From: a virus
Taxonomy: Duplodnaviria; Heunggongvirae; Uroviricota; Caudoviricetes
Virus record (IMG/VR): IMGVR_UViG_3300037261_000110
Length of the DNA stretch: 64,000 nucleotides
Strand: one strand, 5' to 3'
Made by a program: the position numbers and the translations under genes. Under the pieces are notes generated by a model. It did not search any database. It had not been told where the DNA came from and saw only the letters and a program-made list of their open reading frames with translations. Shown in pieces: positions 16,583 through 27,560 of the stretch. How positions within the stretch are numbered: position 1 is the stretch's first letter; each line of letters starts with the position of its first letter.

Positions 16583-18937
16583 TTAGATTATCAGCTGCGT
16601 GCCGTGATTGACTGAATCATCCCAATACGTGATCAGACCGTATGGGACGCCACCAGCGCCACCAGCGCTAGTCGAGTAAACACCAACACCAACACTCTCA
16701 ATAGTGCTCAACCAGCCCGTGTGATCGACTACAGCATTCTGTATCCAGTTTTTACCATCAAGTGACCATGAAAAGGTTAACTGGTAAGTTGCTGCTACAT
16801 ACACTGCTTTGAGCCAAACAGGACCGCCGAAATACGGGTTATAAGTAACACCAGCATGAAAGGATGTTGCGGTAGTCCATTCGGCACTTGCGATAAAGTA
16901 TCCGTTCTCGTAAAGCAGACCGTAAGTGTAAAATCCAGCGCTGGATGTTTGTCGAAAAATCATAGCAACAAGCATGTCATTTTCGTAGATAGTTGGTTCA
17001 ATACGACAAATGAATGTGTCATTACCACCAGTTATTGGTTTATACCATCCCTGTAGTATTGAGCCGTTAGCGGCGCAGGTTATTCCCATACCGACACCGG
17101 CATAATCTGTTAGCGTTGCAGTGTTGAACGCGGTTGGGAAGAACGAAGCCGATGGTGGTTTGATTTCCGGAACGTTGTAACTAGGTCCCGCCGGAGTGTA
17201 GAATTCCAGCGCGGTTTCACCGGCATTAACGCGAACTGCCTTCAGAGTTCCACCAGCGTAAGAACCTGGAACATCCGACAAACCAGTGAATGCTGTAACC
17301 GGAGCAGCTGGCGCACCTGCGTCCCACACAGCGCCGCAAACCATCGCGCCGTCACCGTTAGATGACGAACCGTTCGAAGCCGTCTCCACATGTGAGCCGG
17401 CGACCAAACTTGTTTTATGAGCGGATGACCACTCAGCGCCATTGAAGTCATCTACTGAAACGTCGAGTGAAGCAGAAGACCATGTAGTTCCACCCATAGT
17501 ATTAAGTATATAACCAGCGGCATAAAGTGCGGCACCGTCCGTAGTGTAGGTCAGGGCATTGTCTGCAATGCTAGTTTGCCCTGAGCCAGTCGTTTCTTTA
17601 TGTGCAATGCTTGACGGGGTTTCGTTAGCGTAGTTCTGGATCAGATACACATAGACGGAGTAAACTGAATTGTGCGTCGTGGCGCTTGGCGTCATTGTAA
17701 TGTCGTAAGTACCAGCCGGCATCGCATGTGTGGCAATGATCTGAACTAGCTGCGATGTGTTGACGTTTAATTGCAGGTTAGCCGCTTGAGAGCCGAAGTG
17801 TACACTGGCTGCGGTTATAGCCGAAGTACCAGAAAGTCCTGTGATTAGTGCAACCAGAAGACCAGAACTGCTAGTTGTGAAATTACCAAAATCGAACGGC
17901 GAAGCGAACGAACCATCATCGACCACAAAATGTCCGATGTAGGTAACAGTGGTAGGTATGTTAGGAGGAGAATAGAATTCTAAACCAGTGCCGCCGGCAT
18001 TGACGCGAACCGTTTTCAATCCAGCACCGGAATACGAACCCGGAACGTCCGATAGACCGGTGAATGTTGACGAGCCACCGACCGAATCGACTTCGACTTC
18101 CAAATCCCAAGTATCTGTGCCAACCTTACGGAGACGACCAACTTGATTCTGCCAATCATACACGAGATCGTCAGGTGTGTTGATTGTTACGCCGCCAGTT
18201 GCAACAATGGTTAGGACGCCAGCTCCGATTTGTTCGATCCAAATCACGTCGCCGATATTGAACGCAACCGAAGAGTTGAGCGGCACAGTTAGATTTTGCG
18301 CCGATCCGCTGTTCATTCTGATCATCTTACCAGCGTCAGTCAGAACAAAGGTGTAGTCACCAGTCTGAGTATTGAAAGTGACGTAGCCTGGATTCTGAAA
18401 TTCCAACCCGGTTTCCGCCGGGTTGACGCGAACCGCCTTGCCAGCTTGACCGGCGTAGCTCGTCGGAACGTCATCAAGGAGAACGAAGGCGCCGGCACCG
18501 CTTTGGGTGCTAACCACAATGCGAGCAAGACCCGCCGTGCCAACAGTGAACGTCCAGGTCGTACCGTCTGCAATCGTGATGCCACCGCTGCCTGTGTCGA
18601 CCACCGAAATCAGCGGACTACCGCTCGCGGTCGTATCATAAATGTAGATATAGCGGAAGTTAGCAATGTCACCACCGCTCGCCGTCCAGCTAAAATCGGC
18701 AGAACTAAAAATGTAGACGCCCGCAACTGCCGACGAGTAGGTCATACCGGTCAAAGCAACGCCGCCAGCCGTATAACCGTTTCCAGCCGCTACATCAGTG
18801 ACACTAGCGATAAGAACCTGCGTAGCAAGATTCGGTACTGTATTCGATAAGATGGCTTTGAAACCATCTGTCGAAAAATCGATCAAGCTAGCACCAAGTT
18901 CGCCAGCTACGGCATTGAATACCTGAAAGGAAGCCAT
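16583..18937 (-). CDS. Tail fibre / receptor-binding protein 1
   Basis: 784 aa, Gly/Ser/Thr-rich; three L.DVP.SY.G...K.VRVN....LEF linkers; C-terminal lectin-like domain. Confidence 0.75.
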   Translation of the reverse strand: MASFQVFNAVAGELGASLIDFSTDGFKAILSNTVPNLATQVLIASVTDVAAGNGYTAGGVALTGMTYSSAVAGVYIFSSADFSWTASGGDIANFRYIYIYDTTASGSPLISVVDTGSGGITIADGTTWTFTVGTAGLARIVVSTQSGAGAFVLLDDVPTSYAGQAGKAVRVNPAETGLEFQNPGYVTFNTQTGDYTFVLTDAGKMIRMNSGSAQNLTVPLNSSVAFNIGDVIWIEQIGAGVLTIVATGGVTINTPDDLVYDWQNQVGRLRKVGTDTWDLEVEVDSVGGSSTFTGLSDVPGSYSGAGLKTVRVNAGGTGLEFYSPPNIPTTVTYIGHFVVDDGSFASPFDFGNFTTSSSGLLVALITGLSGTSAITAASVHFGSQAANLQLNVNTSQLVQIIATHAMPAGTYDITMTPSATTHNSVYSVYVYLIQNYANETPSSIAHKETTGSGQTSIADNALTYTTDGAALYAAGYILNTMGGTTWSSASLDVSVDDFNGAEWSSAHKTSLVAGSHVETASNGSSSNGDGAMVCGAVWDAGAPAAPVTAFTGLSDVPGSYAGGTLKAVRVNAGETALEFYTPAGPSYNVPEIKPPSASFFPTAFNTATLTDYAGVGMGITCAANGSILQGWYKPITGGNDTFICRIEPTIYENDMLVAMIFRQTSSAGFYTYGLLYENGYFIASAEWTTATSFHAGVTYNPYFGGPVWLKAVYVAATYQLTFSWSLDGKNWIQNAVVDHTGWLSTIESVGVGVYSTSAGGAGGVPYGLITYWDDSVNHGTQLII

Positions 18938-18948
18938 GTTTTGTACCG

Positions 18949-20655
18949 TTAAAAGCGGGTGATAATTTGAGTCGCTTCGTTAGCATTTTTTGGCGCCGCA
19001 CGAACATTTGCCAGCGCCAGTATTTGAATCTGTGAAAGTTGAGCTTTCGTTTGTCCGGTGACAAGAAGTTGGACGAATTCTTGTGTCATCCTAGTCTTTC
19101 TTGAACCTTGTGTCAAGACCAAAATTTGCTCTTGGGTCAATTGAGCTGCAAGAATGCTCATTCCTGCGATAGATTCGGTAGCATTCTTCTCATGAAACAC
19201 TAGAGTTGCGTTGGCTCCGTTATCAATATGCCCAGCGAGATCAATGGCGCCGAAGCCAGTGAATGTAACCGAGGCAACTGCGCCTCGATCGGAAGCAGAA
19301 TCGGATTCGGTTGCTCCTTTGCCTGTAAATACAATGGAAGCATTCAGTCCAGCACTAAAAAGACCTACAATATCGTGGGCTACTTGACCAGTGTAGCTGA
19401 TCGTACCGTGTAGAACTGAGTCCTGAAAACCTAAAGTATCGGTTGCGGCTTCTCCGGTGTAGGTAATAGACGCATTGGCGCCACTGTCGGATGTTCCACT
19501 GATCGCAGCATCCCACACGGCGCCAAGCATCGCCGCACCACCGCCATTCGTGGACGAAAACGTAGCTGTCTCGACGTGCGAGCCAGCAGTTAGACCGTTT
19601 ATATCAGCTGATGACCATTTGACGCCATTGAAGTCGGTTACGTTGGCGTCTACAAAGGCCGATGACCATGAAGTCGCTCCAAATCCACTACTCATGTAGG
19701 CAGCGCAGGCATGGATCGCACCACCGCCTGTCGTGTAGGTTAAGGCGTTGTTTGCAAGGCTCGTCATGCCCGAGCCCGACGTATAGATGTGCGCGATGCT
19801 AGAAGGAATCTCGGAACTATAACCAGTGATCAGATATACATAGGCGGAGTAGATACCTCGACTGTTGGTATTAAAATTGAGGGTAATATCATACGTACCC
19901 GCCGCCATAACGTAGGTGCCGATGATGCTGACGATTAACCCACCGAAGATATCATCGAGTTGGATATTTGCTACCTGGGTCCCATACTTCAAATTGAGCA
20001 AAGGATCAGACGCACCGTTCAGTGCGCCGGTGATCAATGTGACCAGAAGTCCACCACCTGTCGGAACGGTAAAATTGCCGAAGTCATAGGTAGGGATATA
20101 GCTGCCGCTATCAATGGTAGTTTCACCAAGGTAGTTGATTATAAGCCCAGGCGGTTGGGTACCCTCAACCCACAGCATCCAAGCGGAGCTAGTCGAAGAA
20201 CCACTCCAAGTGACATCCGGCGTCGTGTTCCCAGGACTACCGGTTTCATAGTAGCCAACGCTGCTAGAGCTGCCTACACCAGTCGCATCGTCAATCTTCA
20301 TCGTACAGTCGCTGTTCGGATTCTGGAACAGGACTACGTAAAAGATAGTACCCCTTGTAATCGTCGGGGTAGTTGTTAGAGGAATCAGAAAGGTCGTGTC
20401 TGTCGCTGCTACGATACCATCTGAAAACCCAACTTCATTGGACTGCGCAAGCGGCGTGGTTGGAGTGCTAGAGTTGCCGGCATAAAGGGCAACTCGATAT
20501 TTAGAAGTGTTCGAGGCATTGATGGCATTGACACGGATGCCAACGTGATCGGCGACGAAGGTTTGATTAGCAGTTATCTGGCGCGCAATAGCGTGCCCAC
20601 CACCAATCGAGTTGTTGCCTACTGGCGTGCCTTTGCCAAGAACGACCGCGACCAT
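18949..20655 (-). CDS. Tail fibre / receptor-binding protein 2
   Basis: 568 aa; shares a ~210-aa domain with fibre 1. Confidence 0.7.
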   Translation of the reverse strand: MVAVVLGKGTPVGNNSIGGGHAIARQITANQTFVADHVGIRVNAINASNTSKYRVALYAGNSSTPTTPLAQSNEVGFSDGIVAATDTTFLIPLTTTPTITRGTIFYVVLFQNPNSDCTMKIDDATGVGSSSSVGYYETGSPGNTTPDVTWSGSSTSSAWMLWVEGTQPPGLIINYLGETTIDSGSYIPTYDFGNFTVPTGGGLLVTLITGALNGASDPLLNLKYGTQVANIQLDDIFGGLIVSIIGTYVMAAGTYDITLNFNTNSRGIYSAYVYLITGYSSEIPSSIAHIYTSGSGMTSLANNALTYTTGGGAIHACAAYMSSGFGATSWSSAFVDANVTDFNGVKWSSADINGLTAGSHVETATFSSTNGGGAAMLGAVWDAAISGTSDSGANASITYTGEAATDTLGFQDSVLHGTISYTGQVAHDIVGLFSAGLNASIVFTGKGATESDSASDRGAVASVTFTGFGAIDLAGHIDNGANATLVFHEKNATESIAGMSILAAQLTQEQILVLTQGSRKTRMTQEFVQLLVTGQTKAQLSQIQILALANVRAAPKNANEATQIITRF

Positions 20656-20698
20656 CAGATTTCCTTATGCGCTATCCCGTATAATCGGGCTTTATACG

Positions 20699-21127
20699 TT
20701 ATGGCGTATAAGAGGCTTGGAAGTGTCCGCTGGCACTAACGATCAGCGTGTAGGTCGCGCCATTGACAAGTACCAAGCCTGAGCCACGATCGTAGTAACC
20801 GATCAGGTCGCCGCTGGTGCTGTCATAGACGACAATGTAGCGGAACGAATCGAATGATGCGCCGCTCGCGGTCCAGGTAGCATTTGCCGTGGTGAACTGC
20901 CAGATACCACTGCCGGCGCCTGTCTCTGCCCAAGTCACCGAACCAGGAACATCGACAGCATAGCCGCCGGTTCCGCTGATCTGTGTGATATCGCCGATAA
21001 CTTCGTTGCCGGTCTGCGACGGAGCCGTGTTCGTCAAAGCCACCGAGATCGTATCAGCGCTGATATTCTCTTTCTTCAAGCCCAAGTTCTTGACGAACTT
21101 GTCGAATAGATGGAATGTTATGGTCAT
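20699..21127 (-). CDS. Virion protein, paralog of the fibre 1 N-terminal domain
   Basis: ALTNTAP...GY......W.ASG....FRYI.VYD.T pattern matches the first ~140 aa of 16583..18937. Confidence 0.7.
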   Translation of the reverse strand: MTITFHLFDKFVKNLGLKKENISADTISVALTNTAPSQTGNEVIGDITQISGTGGYAVDVPGSVTWAETGAGSGIWQFTTANATWTASGASFDSFRYIVVYDSTSGDLIGYYDRGSGLVLVNGATYTLIVSASGHFQASYTP

Positions 21128-21145
21128 TTTTCTTTTTCCTTGTTG

Positions 21146-22204
21146 TTAGACAGTGCGCTCTATGCCGACTTGCAGCGCATTGATGTCGGCAGGTGTCCAA
21201 GCCGCGCTGGTTGCTGGATTCAATACGAAGATTTCGCTGGTATGAACAAAATCTGAACTAAGATTTTGCGCAGCGCCGTTGGTCGTTGTGGCACCTGACA
21301 CTTGTTTTGTTCGAACTGTTACAGTTCCAGCATCGACTTTTTTGGCACAGAGTACGATAGAAATTGCATCAATGCTTTCAGGCGTATAGGCCAAATCAGC
21401 GAGACCATACAGACTGTAGAGACTAGCTGAATCTGCCTCAATATAACTGGTAGCATCCGCAAGATCGTCATTGATCAAATTCCAGCCAGTCGCTCCTGTG
21501 CTGAATGTCCAAGCAGCTGTTGCCGTATCAGCGGTTGGCATCAATGCAATGACGCGACGATCGCCGATACGCGTATCGGCGGAATCACCAAGCACATAGA
21601 GATCATCGAAAGCCCAAACGTCGCCGTTGACGCTTGAAGCACCAATACCGACCACTGTAATGGTCGCCGCAGTTTGTGATTTTGTGTTCTGCGCCGTAAG
21701 GCTCAAGGCATTGATTCCGTCAATATATATGTCAACAGTTCCAGTCGATCCGTCAACCTTTACCTTGACTTCAATGAAGTACACACGGTTGGCGGCGAGA
21801 TTGATCGATGATGTGCCGATAACCGTGCCAGAAAAAACGTTAGCACTCGCGCCAACTTTATATTGCAGAGCACCAATAGAGTTGATTTCAACCCAACCTT
21901 GATCGCCAGCTCCATTTCCAAACAAGCAAAGAATGTTGCTGTAGGATAAGCCGCCATGAGTAAAACTCACCGGGCATTCGAAGCGAAAAGCTAGAAGAGC
22001 CGTAGTCGACGATCCACCGATACTGCGACGAGCTACGTTAGCATTGTACTTAGCATAGTTGATCGCACGTCCAGTTCCATCCAAGATGCCAGGAACAAAG
22101 GTGATGCCAGAGGTATCTGTGACTGTCCAGACATTCGAAACCGAGCCGTCGCCAGTTACGGCAGAAGCGTAGTGATCGAAACCATCGATTAGGCAAATAG
22201 CCAT
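21146..22204 (-). CDS. Tail-tip-associated virion protein
   Basis: 352 aa, IDGFDHY N-terminus, beta-rich, within the tail operon. Confidence 0.65.
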   Translation of the reverse strand: MAICLIDGFDHYASAVTGDGSVSNVWTVTDTSGITFVPGILDGTGRAINYAKYNANVARRSIGGSSTTALLAFRFECPVSFTHGGLSYSNILCLFGNGAGDQGWVEINSIGALQYKVGASANVFSGTVIGTSSINLAANRVYFIEVKVKVDGSTGTVDIYIDGINALSLTAQNTKSQTAATITVVGIGASSVNGDVWAFDDLYVLGDSADTRIGDRRVIALMPTADTATAAWTFSTGATGWNLINDDLADATSYIEADSASLYSLYGLADLAYTPESIDAISIVLCAKKVDAGTVTVRTKQVSGATTTNGAAQNLSSDFVHTSEIFVLNPATSAAWTPADINALQVGIERTV

Positions 22205-22938
22205 TATCTTAATCCTACAACAGTTACGTCGACATCAGCCAAAGTTGCATCAGCCGAAGCTGGTCCAATGATCGTCAGCTCGTCGCCGGGAACGAATGAG
22301 GCACCACCAGCCAGAGTCCAGGTCGGAACGCCGCCGGTGCTGAACACCAAAGTTCCGATCGTCGCCCCATTCTTCTTGATCAAGAGCGTTGCGGTCGCGG
22401 TCGGATTCGTCAGACAGCTCGCCTGAGACAGTGCAGCGTTGACAGCGACGGTCACGTTGCGCGCAAACTTGTAGGCGAGGACAATGCAGGCGTTCGTCAA
22501 AACACCGCGCCAGAGGCCCCCCAGGTCGACCGGAGAGCCACCCGTGGTGAAGTTGAAGAGCACGTTAAGGTCGGTTCCGTCCGAATAGATCATGGCGCCG
22601 CCGCCGGGCGTCAGGGTGACAGTCAAACCGCTCAAGCCGGTGACGACCACGTTGTAAGTGACGCTCTTGTTGAGCACCGCAAACACGCGTTGACAAGGAT
22701 TCCCGACAGTAAGTGCGAGAGGAACCACTAGATTCTGATTAGCAAGCTGCCCCGAGCACTTGAAAATGAAGTTTCTCGTATAGGCTGTATTGGTAAGCGT
22801 TACATCTCCGCCAGACATGTCAACAGGCAGCGTGACTTGAGTAGCTAGCTCAACCGCCAAATCTGCATTATTGATAGTGATTTCCTTGTTGTTCTGGTTT
22901 TGCGTAACCGGAACAATGCCTAAATTTGCAGAAGCCAT
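22204..22938 (-). CDS. Tail-tip adaptor/collar protein
   Basis: N-terminus LGIVPVTQNQNNKEITINNA; C-terminal domain shared with 51386..51838. Confidence 0.6.
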   Translation of the reverse strand: MASANLGIVPVTQNQNNKEITINNADLAVELATQVTLPVDMSGGDVTLTNTAYTRNFIFKCSGQLANQNLVVPLALTVGNPCQRVFAVLNKSVTYNVVVTGLSGLTVTLTPGGGAMIYSDGTDLNVLFNFTTGGSPVDLGGLWRGVLTNACIVLAYKFARNVTVAVNAALSQASCLTNPTATATLLIKKNGATIGTLVFSTGGVPTWTLAGGASFVPGDELTIIGPASADATLADVDVTVVGLR

Positions 22939-22991
22939 TTGATTTCCTACCACTTCTAAGCTAAAAAGTCAAGATAAACTACAACAGTTCA

Positions 22992-25900
22992 TTAGTAAGC
23001 GATGTCGATCGTCTTGATGACGCCCTCGCCACGACCAATGAGCACATCATCAGAGATTTGATAGACAGCAAGAGTCATGGTTGGCGTTGCCAAGTCCTTG
23101 ACCCATATCGTCAAAGCGATATCATCGATATAGACGGAACCAGAGTGCGGCATGTTGATAATCGGACGAATAGTGCGAGTGAGAGCAGGAATAGGAACGA
23201 TCATCTCGCGATGAGTCATCGTACCAGTGCCGTTATCAATATGTTGCTGTACGCCTATGACAGTGCTTATGAGGGCTGACGAGCCATCATAGAATGCCAC
23301 GTCCATAGCAGAAGTTGCCGCCGCGTCCGTTACGCCACCATCCTGGTACCAAGAGAGCAGGCACTTCGCGTTGCCGGCGTCGATCGCCGTATCGAGGCCG
23401 GCAGCGACCGCGACGTTCTGGTAAGCGAGAGCTGGCGAAGCCGCATTCGAGAAGCTGAGCAGACCGCTATTGACTATTCCATTGGTGGCGTAAATAGCTC
23501 CCGCAGAAGCCGTCCAGTCAGTCGTGTATAACTCGGCGCCAGGGTTCAAGAGCGGCTGTATGTAGCTCTTGTGCGGAAAGATATCGGCCAAGAAGCTCGT
23601 TTCCGTGTAGTTCACCGTCTCGGCACCAGCGACCGTCAACGTCTTCGCAACTAGCCCGGTGTGCTGATCGTAGATGTCTACCTCGAAGTTTTCGGTTGGG
23701 AACTCCAAAGGCACAATACCGCTGCCATCGAGCAAAGGAGCGTCAAGTTTGGTTCGACGAGCCCAAGAGATGATAAAATGATCCGTATCGAAAACGACCG
23801 AATAATCAGCTGGACTCCACGGCTTACGTGAAGTCGTGTTAATGTTTAGTGTTTGTGTAGAGCTGATAAGGTTTTGACTACTATTTTTAGCGAAAAATAT
23901 GGCTTGTTTACCTAAATCAGACTCAGAAATAGTCTGAAGTTGAGGCATGGTTGGTTGCTGCACTGCGATAAAATAACAGCCTGATTTGTGATTCCCCATA
24001 TTGTGTTCAGTGTCTCGACGACCACGAACGATGCCGGTTAAGAGCAATGAGCCACCACCTAAGTCGGTAACATTCTTGTATTGTATAACTTCCCACGAAC
24101 CTTTATTACCGATAAGTGCCGTGTTGAGACCGGAAAGAAGATCGTCGTCAGTCGCCGAGACGAAAGCCGAACTTATTGTTGGGTCTACAAGTTGAATTGA
24201 AATTGTAGCGTTTTCGTCAGTGAAATTCTCCATTCCTGTATCAATTATTTTGGATTGAACGAACCCGACAGCGGCACCACGATTAACTGAGCCAAATATA
24301 GACGCAGGACTATTATCCACACCATAATAAAAGTTTGCCGAAGTCCAATTACTGCCATAGCCAACCAGATAAACAGCAAGCGCGGAGGTTCCAGGATCAT
24401 CCATTATAGATAGAATGGCAGAATCAATGACAATCGTTTCGACCACTTGTGGACCAGCTATTCCTGGACCTGGACCTGGACCTGGAGGAATGTCCTCAAT
24501 GCTTGGCAAGGTGACATTATCCGACCCGAGTGCCGTACCACCCAATGAAAGACTGTAATCATCGTTTATCGTTGATTCGTAGAGCGCCATCAAATACGTG
24601 ATGCCATTGACATTTAGCGAAATAGCGTCAGTTGGCTCCAAAAGCAAGAACTCGAAACCAGTGCGGAAGGTTGCTGTCAGACGCTGCGTCTCTAAAACAT
24701 ACAGCGCCTTGTAGACCTTATCAAACGCATCGCTTGGTAACATGATGATCGGAATCGTGTAACTGTTCTGAAGGTTATCCTTTTCGAGCGAAAACGGAAA
24801 AACAGTTCGTTTAGCAACTACGGTAGATGCTTGAAAATCATTAGTGAAGTCAAAGAAGGTCAATGAAATTGAGGTAGGCGTTACCGAATCTGGTTGCAAA
24901 TCTACCAGAAGTGCTTCCTGATCTGTAACAGTTTCTCCTCCACTCGTACTTCCACCAGCGGAAGGAGCGATATTGTCGATTGTAAGATTAGCCTTTATGT
25001 CCAAAGCGTCGCCAGTTGGCGTTCGAACAAATTTTATCAGCTGCTCGGACTCGAAATACTGAAAATTGAAGATAATGCCGAGAGTCTGTATGGCTTGAAA
25101 TATGTCAGTTTGTACATCAATCAAACAGCCAATGATCAAATCATCAATGGAAGGCGACACGTATATCTGATCAGGTGTGTAACCGGCGCTGAGCGCTAAC
25201 CAACGAAGAAGGCTAGCTAGTGGGACACGAACGTTGAGGATGCCATCTACATACATCAATCCGGCACTGACAACACCGCCACCGACCGATGGGCGACAAA
25301 CGAAATAACCACCAGCAGGGGCAAACGGCTGAGAACCGTCAGCTCCACCACTATCAAAAGTAAATGTGTTAGGTATAGCTGCTTCGTTTGTAGCAAAATC
25401 AGCACTATATGTGACATAGGAGCTTAATTCATAGGTACGATAGCTACCATCTTGTGTGTTAACAATGACACAGCTTGCTGCTCCACTTTCATAACCATAC
25501 ATACCTACTTCCCATTTACTGTCTTGGTGTCCGGTCTCGAAGGCGGGAACAGTTATTGAGGGAACTATTACATCGTACACTTTAGTTAAGACTGGAAAAA
25601 TACCGTTGATTCCATAGGGAGTAGGTACAATAACGTATCTAACCAAGTGCTGTTTCAAAGCGGCATCCGTATAGAAGCAAAGCATTTCCCTTGCAGCTTT
25701 ATTCCAAACGAGTTTTTGAATACCCGAACCAGCTGAGAACGTGTCAAAAAGAACAGGAATAGTAACCGCTCCATAGCGGTTCAGTGAAAAATAACCTAAT
25801 GCATCAAAGTTTGGATCGATTGTAGCCCAATACGCAACATATATACTGTTTCCGATGCCACAATAAGCACTAAAACCGTAAGTCTCGGTAAAAGATTGAA

Positions 25901-27560
25901 ATCCAAAAAGCTGTGTAGTTCCAGGAGTGGTGTTATTAGTGTAAACTTCATCAAAAAGTGCAAATGCTGAAATATTACCAGGAAAGCTTCCAGTTGTAAA
26001 CCAAAAATTGCGTAGCTGTGTGGAGCCATTTCCATAAGTTACCGCTGGAATGATAGTACCGTCAGGGCCGATCGCAAAACAAAAAATGTCGTTAAAAATC
26101 GTGGTAACAAACGCAAAATAACCAGTACCTGATGCGGAACCCATCATTAAACTGGTTCCATTCCATGTGGACATTCCAAAACGTATTCTTGTCGGAAAAG
26201 ATATTAAGTCCGGATTGCGAACGGTAGGAAACGCAAGTGAAACTGTACCAAGACGACTGGTGATGCGACCTGTATTTGGATTTATCGTAATCATCTGAAC
26301 GTTGTTGGCGGTCCCGCCATAAGTGGTGAAGATAACTCCGCTTGGTTCATGTACTTCCCAAATCCATAGATAATTTACCAGAGCTTCAGGAATCGGTGTA
26401 CCGTTCTCGTCACAGATCGTAAGACAGACGACTTCCTTCAAACCAGTTATATCGTAGACACGCAGCGTAACAAAACCACCACCATCCAAAGAAGTAAAAT
26501 AAGCACGCTGACGTGACCAATCAACAGTGATTGGTTTCATATTTGGAAGCGCATAGCTCACGCCGGTGGCTCCGGTAAGCGTTGGAGTTTTCCAAGAACC
26601 ACTAATAAGATCAGCGCTGACAGCAATTGAGTTCCCAGCAACACCGCTTAAGCGTGCTGTAATATCCATCGTTCCAGCAGCAAGCCCTGGTGCCGCCGAT
26701 ACACCCACGTTCTGTATGGTTCCGACACCATAGGTTCCAGCACCATCGTTTCCCGAGTTATTTATTGCAGCAATCAGATTGTTGAATGTTCCACTAATGT
26801 TTGTGCCGATCTTGACCTTGTTAGGCGCGTCTGAATTACCACTAACTAGCGTGTAAATTTGCCCATCAATTGTTACAGTGTTTCCGTCGTCTGGAATCAC
26901 ATCCATAGACAAAGTATCTACAGCCGACACACCGCTCTCAGCAAACGGTACAAAATAGTCAACGGGAGCATTTATGTCGACCAGATCGGCACGAAGTTGT
27001 GGAATGCTGCGCAGATTGTATTGCGCCATGTTGAATTTTTTGAAAACTACGTAAATCATTCCACGCATAGGCGGCGTCAAATCGGCGCCATTTGCCTTCA
27101 CGATAGTTTCATCTGGCATCTGTGTTTCAGTGCCAGTGTAGATCGTGAAATCGAGATTGGGCGAAAGAGCGAACCCACCGGGCGTCGTACGATCAAAAAT
27201 AAGTTGTCCGGCTGTACCGTCCGAGCTGAGCGTTGTGGAAGCTTCTATCCAGAGACGCGCGATCTGAACCTCAGAAATTTCATCCTGCGGCACACCTGGA
27301 TAGCCAAAAGCTACAGCAAAATCGCAAGTGTCAGCAACATTTCCAGATGAATCTGCCGTTACATTGAAGTTACCTGACCAGACTACGCAGCCAAAGATTG
27401 CTCGACGACCATATGAAATTGGAATATTGATTGGCGTAGCCGAACCAATATTCATAACCTGTGGGTTTGTAGGGTCCGACACTGTTCCAGTATCCAGAAC
27501 ATAGCCGGGCAATGTTCCAGGAGTAGTAGAACTAGGTATTGGAAATCCGCCAGTGGACAT
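22992..27560 (-). CDS. Central tail-tip / host-specificity protein (GTA gp15 / J-like)
   Basis: IPISYG, PMRGMIYVVF..F.M..Y...IPQL, EVIQY......L.L.GIVRGRR.TE, W.RRT; start by TAATG overlap at 27560. Confidence 0.85.
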   Translation of the reverse strand: MSTGGFPIPSSTTPGTLPGYVLDTGTVSDPTNPQVMNIGSATPINIPISYGRRAIFGCVVWSGNFNVTADSSGNVADTCDFAVAFGYPGVPQDEISEVQIARLWIEASTTLSSDGTAGQLIFDRTTPGGFALSPNLDFTIYTGTETQMPDETIVKANGADLTPPMRGMIYVVFKKFNMAQYNLRSIPQLRADLVDINAPVDYFVPFAESGVSAVDTLSMDVIPDDGNTVTIDGQIYTLVSGNSDAPNKVKIGTNISGTFNNLIAAINNSGNDGAGTYGVGTIQNVGVSAAPGLAAGTMDITARLSGVAGNSIAVSADLISGSWKTPTLTGATGVSYALPNMKPITVDWSRQRAYFTSLDGGGFVTLRVYDITGLKEVVCLTICDENGTPIPEALVNYLWIWEVHEPSGVIFTTYGGTANNVQMITINPNTGRITSRLGTVSLAFPTVRNPDLISFPTRIRFGMSTWNGTSLMMGSASGTGYFAFVTTIFNDIFCFAIGPDGTIIPAVTYGNGSTQLRNFWFTTGSFPGNISAFALFDEVYTNNTTPGTTQLFGFQSFTETYGFSAYCGIGNSIYVAYWATIDPNFDALGYFSLNRYGAVTIPVLFDTFSAGSGIQKLVWNKAAREMLCFYTDAALKQHLVRYVIVPTPYGINGIFPVLTKVYDVIVPSITVPAFETGHQDSKWEVGMYGYESGAASCVIVNTQDGSYRTYELSSYVTYSADFATNEAAIPNTFTFDSGGADGSQPFAPAGGYFVCRPSVGGGVVSAGLMYVDGILNVRVPLASLLRWLALSAGYTPDQIYVSPSIDDLIIGCLIDVQTDIFQAIQTLGIIFNFQYFESEQLIKFVRTPTGDALDIKANLTIDNIAPSAGGSTSGGETVTDQEALLVDLQPDSVTPTSISLTFFDFTNDFQASTVVAKRTVFPFSLEKDNLQNSYTIPIIMLPSDAFDKVYKALYVLETQRLTATFRTGFEFLLLEPTDAISLNVNGITYLMALYESTINDDYSLSLGGTALGSDNVTLPSIEDIPPGPGPGPGIAGPQVVETIVIDSAILSIMDDPGTSALAVYLVGYGSNWTSANFYYGVDNSPASIFGSVNRGAAVGFVQSKIIDTGMENFTDENATISIQLVDPTISSAFVSATDDDLLSGLNTALIGNKGSWEVIQYKNVTDLGGGSLLLTGIVRGRRDTEHNMGNHKSGCYFIAVQQPTMPQLQTISESDLGKQAIFFAKNSSQNLISSTQTLNINTTSRKPWSPADYSVVFDTDHFIISWARRTKLDAPLLDGSGIVPLEFPTENFEVDIYDQHTGLVAKTLTVAGAETVNYTETSFLADIFPHKSYIQPLLNPGAELYTTDWTASAGAIYATNGIVNSGLLSFSNAASPALAYQNVAVAAGLDTAIDAGNAKCLLSWYQDGGVTDAAATSAMDVAFYDGSSALISTVIGVQQHIDNGTGTMTHREMIVPIPALTRTIRPIINMPHSGSVYIDDIALTIWVKDLATPTMTLAVYQISDDVLIGRGEGVIKTIDIAY

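Noticed and set aside
16583-20655. Diversity-generating retroelement or invertible tail-fibre switch
   Set aside because: No reverse transcriptase or invertase in the window; duplicated segments differ at all bases rather than only at adenines and are not flanked by inverted repeats.
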